Source: Cyanophyceae cyanobacterium (GTDB taxonomy: Bacteria > Cyanobacteriota > Cyanobacteriia > Cyanobacteriales > Laspinemataceae). From it: 64,000 nucleotides of DNA. The position numbers and the translations under genes were made by a program. The DNA lies in NCBI GenBank assembly GCA_038321985.1, contig JBBQFN010000019.1:32001-96000 (forward strand), in the 5' to 3' direction. Below are positions 38,845 through 48,876 of this stretch, piece after piece (the first letter of the stretch is position 1; the number at the start of each line of letters is the position of its first letter). The notes beneath the pieces are model-generated. The model saw only the letters and a list, made by a program, of their open reading frames with translations, had not been told where the DNA came from and made no database searches.

Positions 38845-40345
38845 ATGTTATTTAATAGCCTTCCTTTTTTAATTTTAGTTCTTATAACTTTTTTTATTTA
38901 CTACCTTCCGAAATTTCAAAGATTTCAAGTCCTGATTCTAATTGTAGCCAGCTTTATATTTTATGCTTGGAGTTCTCCCTCGTTACTGTTACTGCTATGC
39001 TTGTCAATTTTGCTCAATACTATCACTAGCTTCAAAGTTACTAAAAACGATGATAGAAAAAGACGGCTGTTTTGGGCTACATTAGGAGTCGTCGGTAACG
39101 TCCTTGTCCTCGGTCTATTCAAGTATGGTTCGTTACTGACCCACCTGGGAATAAAAATATTTAATGTGGGTCAGCCACAGCCGGAAATTATTTCATTACT
39201 TTTATACTTCCCCTTACCTATTGGAATTTCGTTTTACACCTTTCAGGGAATTAGTCTAGTGATAGATGTCCTTCGGAACGAAGAAGTAAGTACGGAAACT
39301 ATCTCAGTTAAACAATCTGTTGCTCCCGGTAATTTTAGAGACTATCTGTTGAATACGGCTTTTTTTATCTCCTTCTTTCCTCAGTTAGTGGCAGGGCCGA
39401 TTGTCAAAGCCAAAGATTTTTATTATCAGATTAAGCCTAAATATCTGAAAGAATTTCAAGGGGAGATAGTCTTTCGATACCTAACCACTGGCTATTTTTT
39501 TAAAATGGTTATAGCCGATAACTTAAAAGACTATACGTTCTGGATAGACTATCCCTACTACCAAAGACTGGGAACTGTAACGAACCTTGTCTTGTTGTTT
39601 GGTTACTCCATGCAAATTTTTGCAGATTTTGCGGGGTACTCTCTGATCGCGATCGGACTTGCTGCAGTGTTCGGCTACTTTCTCCCCCAAAACTTTAATT
39701 TTCCCTATATTTCTCTCTCAATTACTGAATTTTGGAGGCGTTGGCACATTTCTTTATCAACTTGGTTGAGAGAATATTTATATATTCCGTTGGGTGGCAA
39801 CCGGAAGGGACAAACCCGAACTTATCTCAACCTTATGCTAGTCATGACTTTAGGGGGAATGTGGCATGGAGCGGCCTGGAGTTATGCTGTGTGGGGAATT
39901 TTTCATGGAGTTGGGTTAGCTGTAGAACGATATAATGGGAATTGAGAAAAAAGTTAACTCTACTCCCAATTCATCTTTTTGGCAGCAGGGTCTAATCGAT
40001 TCGTTGAGAATTACTTTTGTTTTCTGTTTCGTTTCAACAGGATGGCTGTTGTTTAAATTGCCACATTTTAGTAACGCCCTTGATTTTATTATTACCTTGT
40101 TTCGGAATGTCAACATTAAACCTGGGTTAAGCTATATTGTTCCAGTGATGATTTTCTCATTGCCAGTGATTCTTTATCACCTTCCGCATTTTCCCCCTAT
40201 GCAAAGGACAATCCAAATTCATGGAGATCTCTACTCTACCCAACCCTGGAGAAAATTATGTAGCGATCTAATTTTCGGAATAATGCTCGTCTTATTATTT
40301 CTCAACAGTGGTAGTGCCAATGAGTTTATTTACTTCCAATTCTAA
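38845..40345 (+). pseudogene. MBOAT O-acyltransferase (AlgI/DltB-like), split by a +1 frameshift near 39934
   Basis: PIGISFYTFQ, FFPQLVAGPI, FWRRWHISLSTWLREYLYIPLGGN and GMWHGA are in the first frame. The C-terminus ending FIYFQF is in the second frame, as in the intact paralog at 45083. Confidence 0.75.
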
Positions 40346-41267
40346 CGAGTTTTTGCCTTTTTCTTTCAATCAATCCATGCGATCGCTGTTACCGCCTTTT
40401 TTAGTTTGTCTGTTTTTTTTGGCCTTGTACTATACTCTAGTCATAGGGGGAGTTGTGCCGTCGAGCGATGGGATTAATCAACGCCAAGTAAACCATATTA
40501 AAGCTGAACGATATATTTATAGTAATTTGATTCCCAACATAGTTCTTTCAGGTAGTTCGATGACAGCAGAACTATTAGAAAAATACTTCGATGTTACTAC
40601 AGTGACCAATATTGCCCTATCGGGGAACAGTAGTAAAACTGGATTAGAACTGGTTACTCTTCAAAACAAAAAACCCGATATTTTTCTAGTTGAGCTTAAC
40701 TATACCATTGCTCTAGAAACCGACCTGGAAATAATGGATGCACTTAAAAACCCCTTATTAAGGATTTTTAAAACTTACTTCCCAATTTTTAGAGAAGAAT
40801 ACCAACCCGTCAGTGTCCTTGTTCACTATCTAAAAAATTCATCCGGGAGAAATGCAGATTCGGAATCATCTCAAATTACCAATCAAGAATTAAGAGAAAG
40901 ATTAGTCGCCCACATTATAGAGGGATCTCAGGAGACTTTATCCCCAGACTTAAAACAACGGATTATAGAAGAATCCGAAGTTATCAAAAAGCAGCTTGCC
41001 GAACTTCAGAAAAAAGGCGTTCGTGTTGTTTTATTTAATGTCCCTAGCGAAAAGCGGATTGCTAACACACCTCGAAGGCAGCAGGAACGATTACTGATCC
41101 GATCGCTATTTCCCTCAAATAGCTTTGAATGGTTGCCCGAACCGATCACAGAGGATTGGATAACTTATGACGGCGTTCACTTAGTTAGTCCCGACGCCAA
41201 AAAATTTGCGCGATTTATCCAAGATCAACTGATAGATTCTGACCAATTCAACACCGGGACAATGTGA
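40320..41267 (+). CDS. membrane-anchored SGNH-like (AlgJ/DltD-like) acyl-transfer partner
   Basis: N-terminal TM; LSGSSMT (catalytic Ser block) and YDGVHL (DxxH); overlaps the MBOAT 3' end. Start is uncertain. Confidence 0.65.
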   Translation: MSLFTSNSNEFLPFSFNQSMRSLLPPFLVCLFFLALYYTLVIGGVVPSSDGINQRQVNHIKAERYIYSNLIPNIVLSGSSMTAELLEKYFDVTTVTNIALSGNSSKTGLELVTLQNKKPDIFLVELNYTIALETDLEIMDALKNPLLRIFKTYFPIFREEYQPVSVLVHYLKNSSGRNADSESSQITNQELRERLVAHIIEGSQETLSPDLKQRIIEESEVIKKQLAELQKKGVRVVLFNVPSEKRIANTPRRQQERLLIRSLFPSNSFEWLPEPITEDWITYDGVHLVSPDAKKFARFIQDQLIDSDQFNTGTM

Positions 41268-41417
41268 TGTGATTAGAAGACAATTATGGGACTTCAAAAA
41301 AATATTCCCCGCTTAATTAGGTAAACTACTGAAACAGCATTAAATCTCATCGGGAGTCCAAAGACCCTTGCCGGTAAGATTAGCGGGGCCTTAATTATTA
41401 AGATTTTTGAATAGCGC

Positions 41418-41545
41418 TAAGTAGGCACAAATAATTAAAATGAACACTGAAATTAAAGGAAATTTTTGGGGTCATTTTCACAGAATAGGGAATCCATAAA
41501 TTTTTTTTCGGAGCAGAGTTAGATTTAATCAGACCCGCCTACTTA
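41418..41545. mobile_element. MITE-like element with TAAGTAGGC terminal inverted repeats
   Basis: TAAGTAGGC...ATTAAA / TTTAAT...GCCTACTTA, 128 bp, non-coding. Confidence 0.55.
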
Positions 41546-41745
41546 TACCCCTGTAATACTCATGTAATATAGCAATCAGCATAATAGATTAGTATTTTTG
41601 AATATCTTCTAATCCAGATTAAACCCTTGCTTTTAAAAATTTCCGAGACTGTCAAGTTTGCGCAGAAAATTATCAAACACATCCAGGAGAGTGAGTCAAT
41701 TCTTGCTGAGTTAAAACTTCCTTAAAAACGCCCCAAATGTAAAGA

Positions 41746-43098
41746 TTAGCTTTTAGATCGTAGATAAGCCTCAGGTCTTTGCTCAGGAATCTGCTGGATT
41801 GGGTGGCTCTGATTAAATTTATGCGGCCACTCTATGGGCATGACGATAATTATCGTAAACAGCAACCAATAAATGCTATATCCTGTAAGCAGTACGGTTT
41901 GAGTCTGGTTCATAAGTACAAAATAAGTCAAAAACCCTATCGGCCAAATACCTTCAATGCCCGGTTTAACTCTTATCCAGTTTATAGCCCGTAAAAATGC
42001 TATTGCAAATATAATTGCAAATAAAAATGCTCCAATAACACCCAATTCTAGTACCAGATCTAAGAACCCATTATGGCCATGATCGGGTTTCCAGACAATT
42101 GTTCGGAGGATACTTGCGTGTTCTGGACTCGCCCATCTTTGGTAAAATCCATGAAATCCGTAGCCAATCCACGGATGTTCTTGTATTCGCTCAATTACAA
42201 TGTTCCATAAAGGAATCCGTCCGTTAAGATTGGGATCTTTATCAATTGAAGCTAAAGCTGCATCCCAGTTATCATCCAGAAAAATCGCCCCTACGGTGCT
42301 AGATAATAATACAATAAGATATAAAGGAATGGCAATTACGATATTCCATCGAAAAAGTCTATTAAATGGAGCAATCGCCAAAAGAAAAAATAAGCTAACT
42401 AAGGCACTTTTTGATTCTGAACCTAAAATTAGATAAATAGCAAATATCAGACCGCCTAGGGACAGCCACCGGTTCTTAGGGTTCGTAAAAATATTAGCTG
42501 TTAAAAATATTCCTGCAATCACCATAATCCGGCCTAGAGTATTTTTATGAATAAATAGACCCCGCCATAGTCCACTATTGGGGCCGCTTGGAGTAATGCC
42601 TATACTCGGAATTGCAAAGACATACAGGAGACTCAATAATGCTTCTAACCCAAAGACAAAGGTTATCATGTGAGTTAATTCTTTAAATTTATAGCGAGAA
42701 ACAAAATAAATACCAAATAAGCTAGTTTCAGCTATTCGAATAGCTTGATAGCGAGTTTCATACGAAAATCGAGACCATACACCTGATAACCAAAGAAACC
42801 CTAAAAATATTAAAAGGGGTTTGGCTTGCAGCATAATTCGGAGAGAGCGTCTCCACTGCAAAATCATAATAACTAATACAATAAATATATTTAACTTCCA
42901 CAAATAAAACTCTAACCTTCTAATCCAGCCATATCCAGCATTACTGTAAACTGGTATGAATGCTTCTGTAAAAAGGACAAGAAGAAAAACGCCGAATATT
43001 TTTTCAAATTTTAAACCTATCTTTATCAAAGAGGCAATTGACTGAGGCACGAATCTTTCAGTGTAATGCATATTTAAATTCCCGTTTTTTTTGACCAT
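41746..43098 (-). CDS. Wzy-type polysaccharide polymerase / O-antigen ligase family
   Basis: About 11 TM segments; WRGLFIHKN.LG; SKSAL; LNGRIPLW; PWIGYG; HGHNGFLDL.LELG. Confidence 0.85.
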   Translation of the reverse strand: MVKKNGNLNMHYTERFVPQSIASLIKIGLKFEKIFGVFLLVLFTEAFIPVYSNAGYGWIRRLEFYLWKLNIFIVLVIMILQWRRSLRIMLQAKPLLIFLGFLWLSGVWSRFSYETRYQAIRIAETSLFGIYFVSRYKFKELTHMITFVFGLEALLSLLYVFAIPSIGITPSGPNSGLWRGLFIHKNTLGRIMVIAGIFLTANIFTNPKNRWLSLGGLIFAIYLILGSESKSALVSLFFLLAIAPFNRLFRWNIVIAIPLYLIVLLSSTVGAIFLDDNWDAALASIDKDPNLNGRIPLWNIVIERIQEHPWIGYGFHGFYQRWASPEHASILRTIVWKPDHGHNGFLDLVLELGVIGAFLFAIIFAIAFLRAINWIRVKPGIEGIWPIGFLTYFVLMNQTQTVLLTGYSIYWLLFTIIIVMPIEWPHKFNQSHPIQQIPEQRPEAYLRSKS

Positions 43099-43119
43099 AG
43101 TTGGAAAAATAAGGCAGAA

Positions 43120-43276
43120 TATAGCAATCCTAAATAATTTGTAACCAAACTAATGAGCAAGATGCAAAGGCTGCGGCATGGCTAAAGCAAGTAGGCAGGA
43201 GTAAAGCGAACGCTGTGCGGCACTCCCAAGGCTCTCCAGCTTGGATCCAGGACAGAACTGATTTAACACTGCTATA
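43120..43276. mobile_element. MITE-like element with nested small repeat
   Basis: TATAGCAATCCTAAAT... / ...ATTTAACACTGCTATA terminal IRs; contains GAGCAAGATGC and GCACTCC, shared with the element at 38444. Confidence 0.6.
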
Positions 43277-43566
43277 TAACAAGTTTCCATGAATTAAGTT
43301 ACCCTCAAAAATTAACCCATTTATAGGGCAAATGTCTTCAGTTACCCCCGTCAATTTATTACATCTGTATCCTACCTGAGTTTCTCCGAGTCAAGGTGCA
43401 TCTCGTCTGCAAAAATGTTTCCATCTTTTGCTGGTAAAAAGATTTCCTTAATGATATCTAAATTTTTACCAAGGACAACGCGAAAAAGGTGATCAAACCA
43501 AGACTTCCTTCTCCTCAGCCTAAATAAGGTAATCTTATCAACCTAACGCCCCCAGAGTCATTCCAC

Positions 43567-43595
43567 TTGACAAATTCAAGTTTTATCGCTATCAT
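43567..43595 (+). promoter_or_regulatory. sigma70-type promoter candidate
   Basis: TTGACA-17 nt-TATCAT. Confidence 0.55.
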
Positions 43596-43979
43596 GGCGT
43601 CAACCATAATTACGCTCCCTGTATGAATCTCACGGGGTTCGCTCTGACCTTTCCGAGCTGGAAACTGGGGTAGTAAGTTAGGCTATATAATTGTAATGCT
43701 TTTCCCCTAAAAACCGCAATCCGACCGATACGATAGACCAATAGAGGCTTGTAAAGCAGTTAAGGATCTCCATTTCTAACAGGAGCCTGTGCCCCAAATG
43801 GTTTAATAAAAAAACATAGATTTTTTACGTGGCTATCTCCCTTACAATCTGGTAATCCAGTGGTCCCCATCTTGTTGCTATTTAATGATTGGGACTATGT
43901 ATTATGTCACTCCCCTGAGATAAGTTACCTAACGATGACATTCCAGCAACGGTAGACCATTAGATGGAGTAGGTGTGAA

Positions 43980-45086
43980 ATGAAGAAGGCTGCTGTAAAA
44001 AAAGGTCGGTTTTCCAGGTCTCTCCTGTATGTATTTTACTGTACAGTATTTTTCTCCACCCTGAGTACAGGGTGCTTTATTATGGGTAAGGTTTTTCCTT
44101 ATTCTGATATACCTTTAGATATTCCAGTTGCCTCCCGTAAATTAAAATATTTTGCAGAATATAAAGATGAATACAGTGTGATTTTTATCGGTTCTAGTCG
44201 GACGTATCGCCATATCATGCCTGACGTATTCGATAGCGTTATCGCTAGCCAAGGATATCCGATTAAATCTTTTAACCTGGGCATTCCAGCACTTTCCTTA
44301 TCAGAAGCCCATTTCTATCTAAATAAAATTTTAGATATGTCACCTAATAATTTAAAATATGTGTTTATTGAATATTTAGAGGGATTTATAGTTAGAACTG
44401 AAAATTTTTCAACTTCCCGAGAAATATATTGGCACACTTGGGAGCAAAGCTCGTTTGTTATTAATCTGATTTTAAAATCAGATTATAACCCTATTCTTAA
44501 AATTAAAGCTATATACAGTCATTCAATTCCTTTGATGTATCACCTGACTAATACAGGTTTAGGTGCTAATTTTATCCAAAAATTTTTTTTTGGAGATTAT
44601 CAACAAAAGCTGGTAGACAAAGTAGATCCGAATGGCCCTTTGAAAAATGGATTTCTTTCTCTAGAAGAAGAGGCAAAAATCGACGAATATTATCAGAATC
44701 GCAATCAAGATTATTTGAATAATATTGATTCTTATGAAGCTATAGTGGATTCTTTAAAAAGGGAAAAGGTTTCTCTATCTCCGAGTAAACCCCATACATT
44801 AGAAGTTCTAGGCGAAATGATTGAAAATGTAGAAGAGAAAGGGGCTACTCCTATATTTCTTCTATCTCCGGGGCTGGATAAGCAGGCAGATCTCATTCGA
44901 GCTTATGCCGAAGGATATATTCCTGAGCTATTTGTATTTAATGATCCCAGTCAATTTCAAAACTTGTACCAGGCGAATAAAAGATTTGATAGAGATCACC
45001 TCAATAACGAAGGGGCCCTCGAATATACGAACTTACTGGCACAGCAGTTTGCACTTCATCTCAAAAGAACGGAGGATTTTAGATGA
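43980..45086 (+). CDS. membrane-anchored SGNH-like (AlgJ/DltD-like) acyl-transfer partner
   Basis: N-terminal TM; IFIGSSRT; SFNLG; FDRDHLN..GA (DxxH); ATGA overlap with the MBOAT. Confidence 0.7.
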   Translation: MKKAAVKKGRFSRSLLYVFYCTVFFSTLSTGCFIMGKVFPYSDIPLDIPVASRKLKYFAEYKDEYSVIFIGSSRTYRHIMPDVFDSVIASQGYPIKSFNLGIPALSLSEAHFYLNKILDMSPNNLKYVFIEYLEGFIVRTENFSTSREIYWHTWEQSSFVINLILKSDYNPILKIKAIYSHSIPLMYHLTNTGLGANFIQKFFFGDYQQKLVDKVDPNGPLKNGFLSLEEEAKIDEYYQNRNQDYLNNIDSYEAIVDSLKREKVSLSPSKPHTLEVLGEMIENVEEKGATPIFLLSPGLDKQADLIRAYAEGYIPELFVFNDPSQFQNLYQANKRFDRDHLNNEGALEYTNLLAQQFALHLKRTEDFR

Positions 45087-46489
45087 TTTTCAGCGAGTTT
45101 AGGTTTTTCATTTTCTTTGCCATTGTTTTCTCTATTTATTGGAGCCTTCCCAAAAATTCATCTCGAAAAGTTTGGTTGCTGTTGTGCAGCTATGCTTTTT
45201 ACGGCGCCTGGGATTGGCGTTTTTTGTCCTTAATATTTGCGTCAACGATTATCGATTACGGTGTGGGAGTCATGATTTCCAAAACTTCACATCCTAAATA
45301 TCGTAAAGGTTTGCTGATGTTAAGTCTTTGCAGTAACTTGGGGTTACTAGGTTTATTTAAATATTATAACTTTTTTGCGGATTCAGCTGCATCTTTTATG
45401 GCATTTTTGGGTTGGCAGGTGCAGTCGCACACCCTAGAAATTATTCTTCCAGTAGGAATCAGCTTCTATACTTTTCAGACATTAAGTTATTCAATTGATG
45501 TGTATTGGGGTAAACTTAAAGCTGTAGAAAACTTTTTAGACCTCGCGCTTTATGTTAGCTTTTTCCCCCAACTGGTAGCCGGACCCATTGTTCGTGCATC
45601 TACTTTTCTACCCCAACTCCATACAGCTCGAAAGTTTTCAAAGGTAGATTTCCGATATTTTTTAATCCTTTTTTTAGTAGGCTTTATTAAAAAGGCTTGC
45701 ATTTCTGATAATTTAGCGCCCCTTGTAGATCGGTATTTTAGTAGTCCAGAAACCTACACAGCATTTAGTTCTTGGTTAGGCGTTGTGTCCTACACTGTCC
45801 AAATCTATTGCGATTTTTCAGGTTATTCCGATATGGCGATCGCCACTTCTGGTTTCCTGGGTTATGAATTATGCTTAAACTTTGATTTTCCTTATTTTGC
45901 AACGAATATCACCAGCTTCTGGAGGCGCTGGCATATTAGCCTCTCCTCGTGGCTACGGGATTATCTTTATATTCCTTTGGGAGGTAATCGCGGCACTAAA
46001 CTCTTTATTTATAAAAATTTAATGCTAACGATGCTATTAGGAGGATTGTGGCATGGAGCCTCCTGGAATTTTGTAATTTGGGGGGGTTTGCATGGTATAG
46101 CATTAATTGCCCACCGGGAATGGTCTCGGATGACTCATTCATATAAGCAACTGCCAATTTTAAGAAATTTAATGGGTCTGGTACTAACCTTTTACTGGGT
46201 CTGTCTGACTTGGATCTTTTTTCGAGCGGTTGATCTTAAAACGGCTCTGACAGTTCTGAAGTCCTTTGTACTCTTGGATTCGAGCGGCTCTATAGATATG
46301 GGCATTGGATTGCTATGGATCTTCGTTCCTCTGACAATCGCCCATTGGTGCGCGTACCGGCGCCTATTATCAGATTGGTGGAGGCGGATTCCAGGTTGGA
46401 GTTTTGCTGCATTTTATGGGCTGGCATTTTCCGCTATTCTACCTTTTGTTTCAACTAGCTATACTCCTTTTATTTACTTCCAGTTTTAA
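45083..46489 (+). CDS. MBOAT O-acyltransferase (AlgI/DltB-like), intact
   Basis: PVGISFYTFQ; FFPQLVAGPI; YCDFSGYSDMA; FWRRWHISLSSWLRDYLYIPLGG; GLWHGA; FIYFQF end. Confidence 0.92.
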   Translation: MIFSEFRFFIFFAIVFSIYWSLPKNSSRKVWLLLCSYAFYGAWDWRFLSLIFASTIIDYGVGVMISKTSHPKYRKGLLMLSLCSNLGLLGLFKYYNFFADSAASFMAFLGWQVQSHTLEIILPVGISFYTFQTLSYSIDVYWGKLKAVENFLDLALYVSFFPQLVAGPIVRASTFLPQLHTARKFSKVDFRYFLILFLVGFIKKACISDNLAPLVDRYFSSPETYTAFSSWLGVVSYTVQIYCDFSGYSDMAIATSGFLGYELCLNFDFPYFATNITSFWRRWHISLSSWLRDYLYIPLGGNRGTKLFIYKNLMLTMLLGGLWHGASWNFVIWGGLHGIALIAHREWSRMTHSYKQLPILRNLMGLVLTFYWVCLTWIFFRAVDLKTALTVLKSFVLLDSSGSIDMGIGLLWIFVPLTIAHWCAYRRLLSDWWRRIPGWSFAAFYGLAFSAILPFVSTSYTPFIYFQF

Positions 46490-46495
46490 TTTCAA

Positions 46496-47755
46496 TTAAT
46501 TTCCCACCCTGGGGGCTACCATATCCTTAAACACAGATAAGTAACTTTGGGCTTGTCTTTGTAATGTAAATTCTCGCTGGGCTTTATCCCTAGCCTGATA
46601 GGACAGTTTTTCATGCCGTTCAGGGCTTTCTAACAGCCAAACAATTCCCTGTGCTAATTCTTCAATATCGTAAGGTGGGACTAAATATCCATTCTTCTGG
46701 TGTTCGATGAGATCGGGCATTCCGCCGATATTAAAAGCAACACAGGGAGTTCCACAGGCGAGCGCTTCAAGGACCGTATTGGGTAAGTTATCCTGAACTG
46801 AAGGCGCGACAAATGCATCGGATGCAGCATAAACCAGTGCTAGAGAAAGGTCATCGTTGAGCTTGCCTAAGTAGTGGCATTTAAACCCTAAATCGGTCCC
46901 ATCTTTTGAACCAGAGGAGCCAAATACAACCAGTTCTATCCGTTCTTGCCATCCCGACTGATTAAGGCGTTCTAAAGCAGGCTGCAATAAATGAAATCCT
47001 TTTCGACGATCGCTCGTTGCACCCATCGCCCCAAACAGAATCAAATGCTTCTCTTGAGGCAATTGAAGTAATTTTCGTGCCGTAACTCGGTCGATTGGTC
47101 TATATTTTTCGGTATCAATTCCATTGGGAATGACTTCCACTCTCGTTTCTTTAAACAGCGAACTCGATCTGACGCATTGAGCAAGCCATTGGCTGGGGGT
47201 CACGATTGTCAAACTTAGATTTTTCCAAGCTTTGGCTTTTCGATTCCAAACCCAACGAGAGAGGTCCCTGCTTTTATCACTTTGGAGTTGCGGGCAGTTC
47301 CCACAGGATTCCTGATAGCGCTGGCATTGTTCGCTATAATTACATCCTCCGGTAAAGGCCCACATATCATGGAAAGTCCAGACTAACGGTTTGTTTAACT
47401 GGGCGAGAGTTTCAATCTGCATATATCCTCGACAGATCCAATGCAGGTTAATCACGTCGGGCTCCAGTTTGCGAATCTTAGAGTGGATTCTATCAGGAAC
47501 CCATCCAGGCCAAAACATGGTTTCTTTGCTTTTAGGATATAACTTGACAGGCAAAGCATCGAAGGTTTCTCTAAAATTGACTAACTTCTTTCCTATATTT
47601 CCAGGGGTCCCAATTACAAAACTATCATCGCTTAATTTATTCTGAACCAACATTTCGGAGGCAACACCAATTCCCTGCAAACCCTGATGCAGCCGATAGG
47701 CAGCACGATCAGCCCCAAACTCCAGATCAGCTCGACAAAGTAGCACAGGTTTCAT
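46496..47755 (-). CDS. GT4 glycosyltransferase (WcaC-like)
   Basis: INLHW; WTFHDMWAFTGGC; PSVQDNLPNTVLEALACGTP. Confidence 0.9.
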   Translation of the reverse strand: MKPVLLCRADLEFGADRAAYRLHQGLQGIGVASEMLVQNKLSDDSFVIGTPGNIGKKLVNFRETFDALPVKLYPKSKETMFWPGWVPDRIHSKIRKLEPDVINLHWICRGYMQIETLAQLNKPLVWTFHDMWAFTGGCNYSEQCQRYQESCGNCPQLQSDKSRDLSRWVWNRKAKAWKNLSLTIVTPSQWLAQCVRSSSLFKETRVEVIPNGIDTEKYRPIDRVTARKLLQLPQEKHLILFGAMGATSDRRKGFHLLQPALERLNQSGWQERIELVVFGSSGSKDGTDLGFKCHYLGKLNDDLSLALVYAASDAFVAPSVQDNLPNTVLEALACGTPCVAFNIGGMPDLIEHQKNGYLVPPYDIEELAQGIVWLLESPERHEKLSYQARDKAQREFTLQRQAQSYLSVFKDMVAPRVGN

Positions 47756-47889
47756 GGCTTGTTATTCTCCCTTAGGCTAGTTAACAAATGGGTCATAATT
47801 TCTATCATACCTGGTTCGTTATTTTTCAGGTAAATAATATTAAGATTAATTATGGTGAATAAAAGGGGTATTCAGTAGATTAAAATTTT

Positions 47890-48816
47890 TTAGTTTTTGA
47901 TTTGTTTTCGGTCCCACTTTAAAAATTTTTTTACTTGTTTACGTCGGCTGTTTGGAAGCATCACCTTAGACATCAAAAATCCGCACCTCTGAAAAGAGAT
48001 GACTCCATGCCATGCCGCATCAATGATTAACTGGAGAGCATAAAGCGGTTGTTGCTCGCTTTCAATCAGCTGCCGCACTACCTCTTTTATCAAAAAACCT
48101 TTAGTCGCTTGAGTGGATATTTCGGATTCGTATTCCCGAATCCAGTTTAATGAAAATTTGTAATCGGATAAATTTGATATTCGCTCAGTATCCAGATCAT
48201 TATCCCAAAGCGTTAAAGGCTGGTTTAAAAACGAAAATAGCGCTCCATTTTTCTCTAGCCTTAAATATAAATCTACATCTTGATGCTTTTTCAGATCTGG
48301 GCGAAATAGAGTAGACAAAGCGAGTGTTCGCGGCAGCATTAAGGTACTGGTTAATATTTCCCCCCCGTTGACAAATAAATAATCAGCCACAGGTTCAGTA
48401 TCTATTTTACCCCGCCCTGGTAAAATAGATACTTGATAGCTGTTTTGCGATGTAAATTGAGTGTAGCTGACTGCTTTTTCACCTTGCTCGCAATTTTTTA
48501 GTGACCTAAGCTGTAACTCTATTTTATTAGGCAGCCATTGATCATCAGAATCCAAAAAAGTAACATACTTACCAGTCACGGCCTTAATCCCTGTATTACG
48601 AGCAGTACCACCCCCATAATTGGTTGGATGCCGAATGTAGCGAATACGAGGATCGGCAATAATTTTGATAACTTCTTCAGTATTATCAGTAGAAGCATCA
48701 TCCACGATAATAATTTCTAGATTCCTATAGGACTGCTTGATTACACTGTCAAGGGTGCGACGAATTAAATGGGCGCGGTTATAGGTAGGAATAATTACGC
48801 TTACTAATGGTTCCAA
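47890..48816 (-). CDS. GT2 glycosyltransferase
   Basis: VSVIIPTYNR; VDDASTD; ARNTG; FLDSDD. Confidence 0.92.
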   Translation of the reverse strand: MEPLVSVIIPTYNRAHLIRRTLDSVIKQSYRNLEIIIVDDASTDNTEEVIKIIADPRIRYIRHPTNYGGGTARNTGIKAVTGKYVTFLDSDDQWLPNKIELQLRSLKNCEQGEKAVSYTQFTSQNSYQVSILPGRGKIDTEPVADYLFVNGGEILTSTLMLPRTLALSTLFRPDLKKHQDVDLYLRLEKNGALFSFLNQPLTLWDNDLDTERISNLSDYKFSLNWIREYESEISTQATKGFLIKEVVRQLIESEQQPLYALQLIIDAAWHGVISFQRCGFLMSKVMLPNSRRKQVKKFLKWDRKQIKN

Positions 48817-48876
48817 CTTAACTCTCCTCCTTAGTCATTCAAATTTTATGATCCTACTTTCGTTCGGGGACGGAAT

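Noticed and set aside
41568..41632. TATAGCAA...TTGCTTT as a further MITE copy
   Set aside because: The right end is too degenerate to call.
43130..43354. 74-aa minus-strand ORF
   Set aside because: Reads through the MITE-like repeat; no coding signal.
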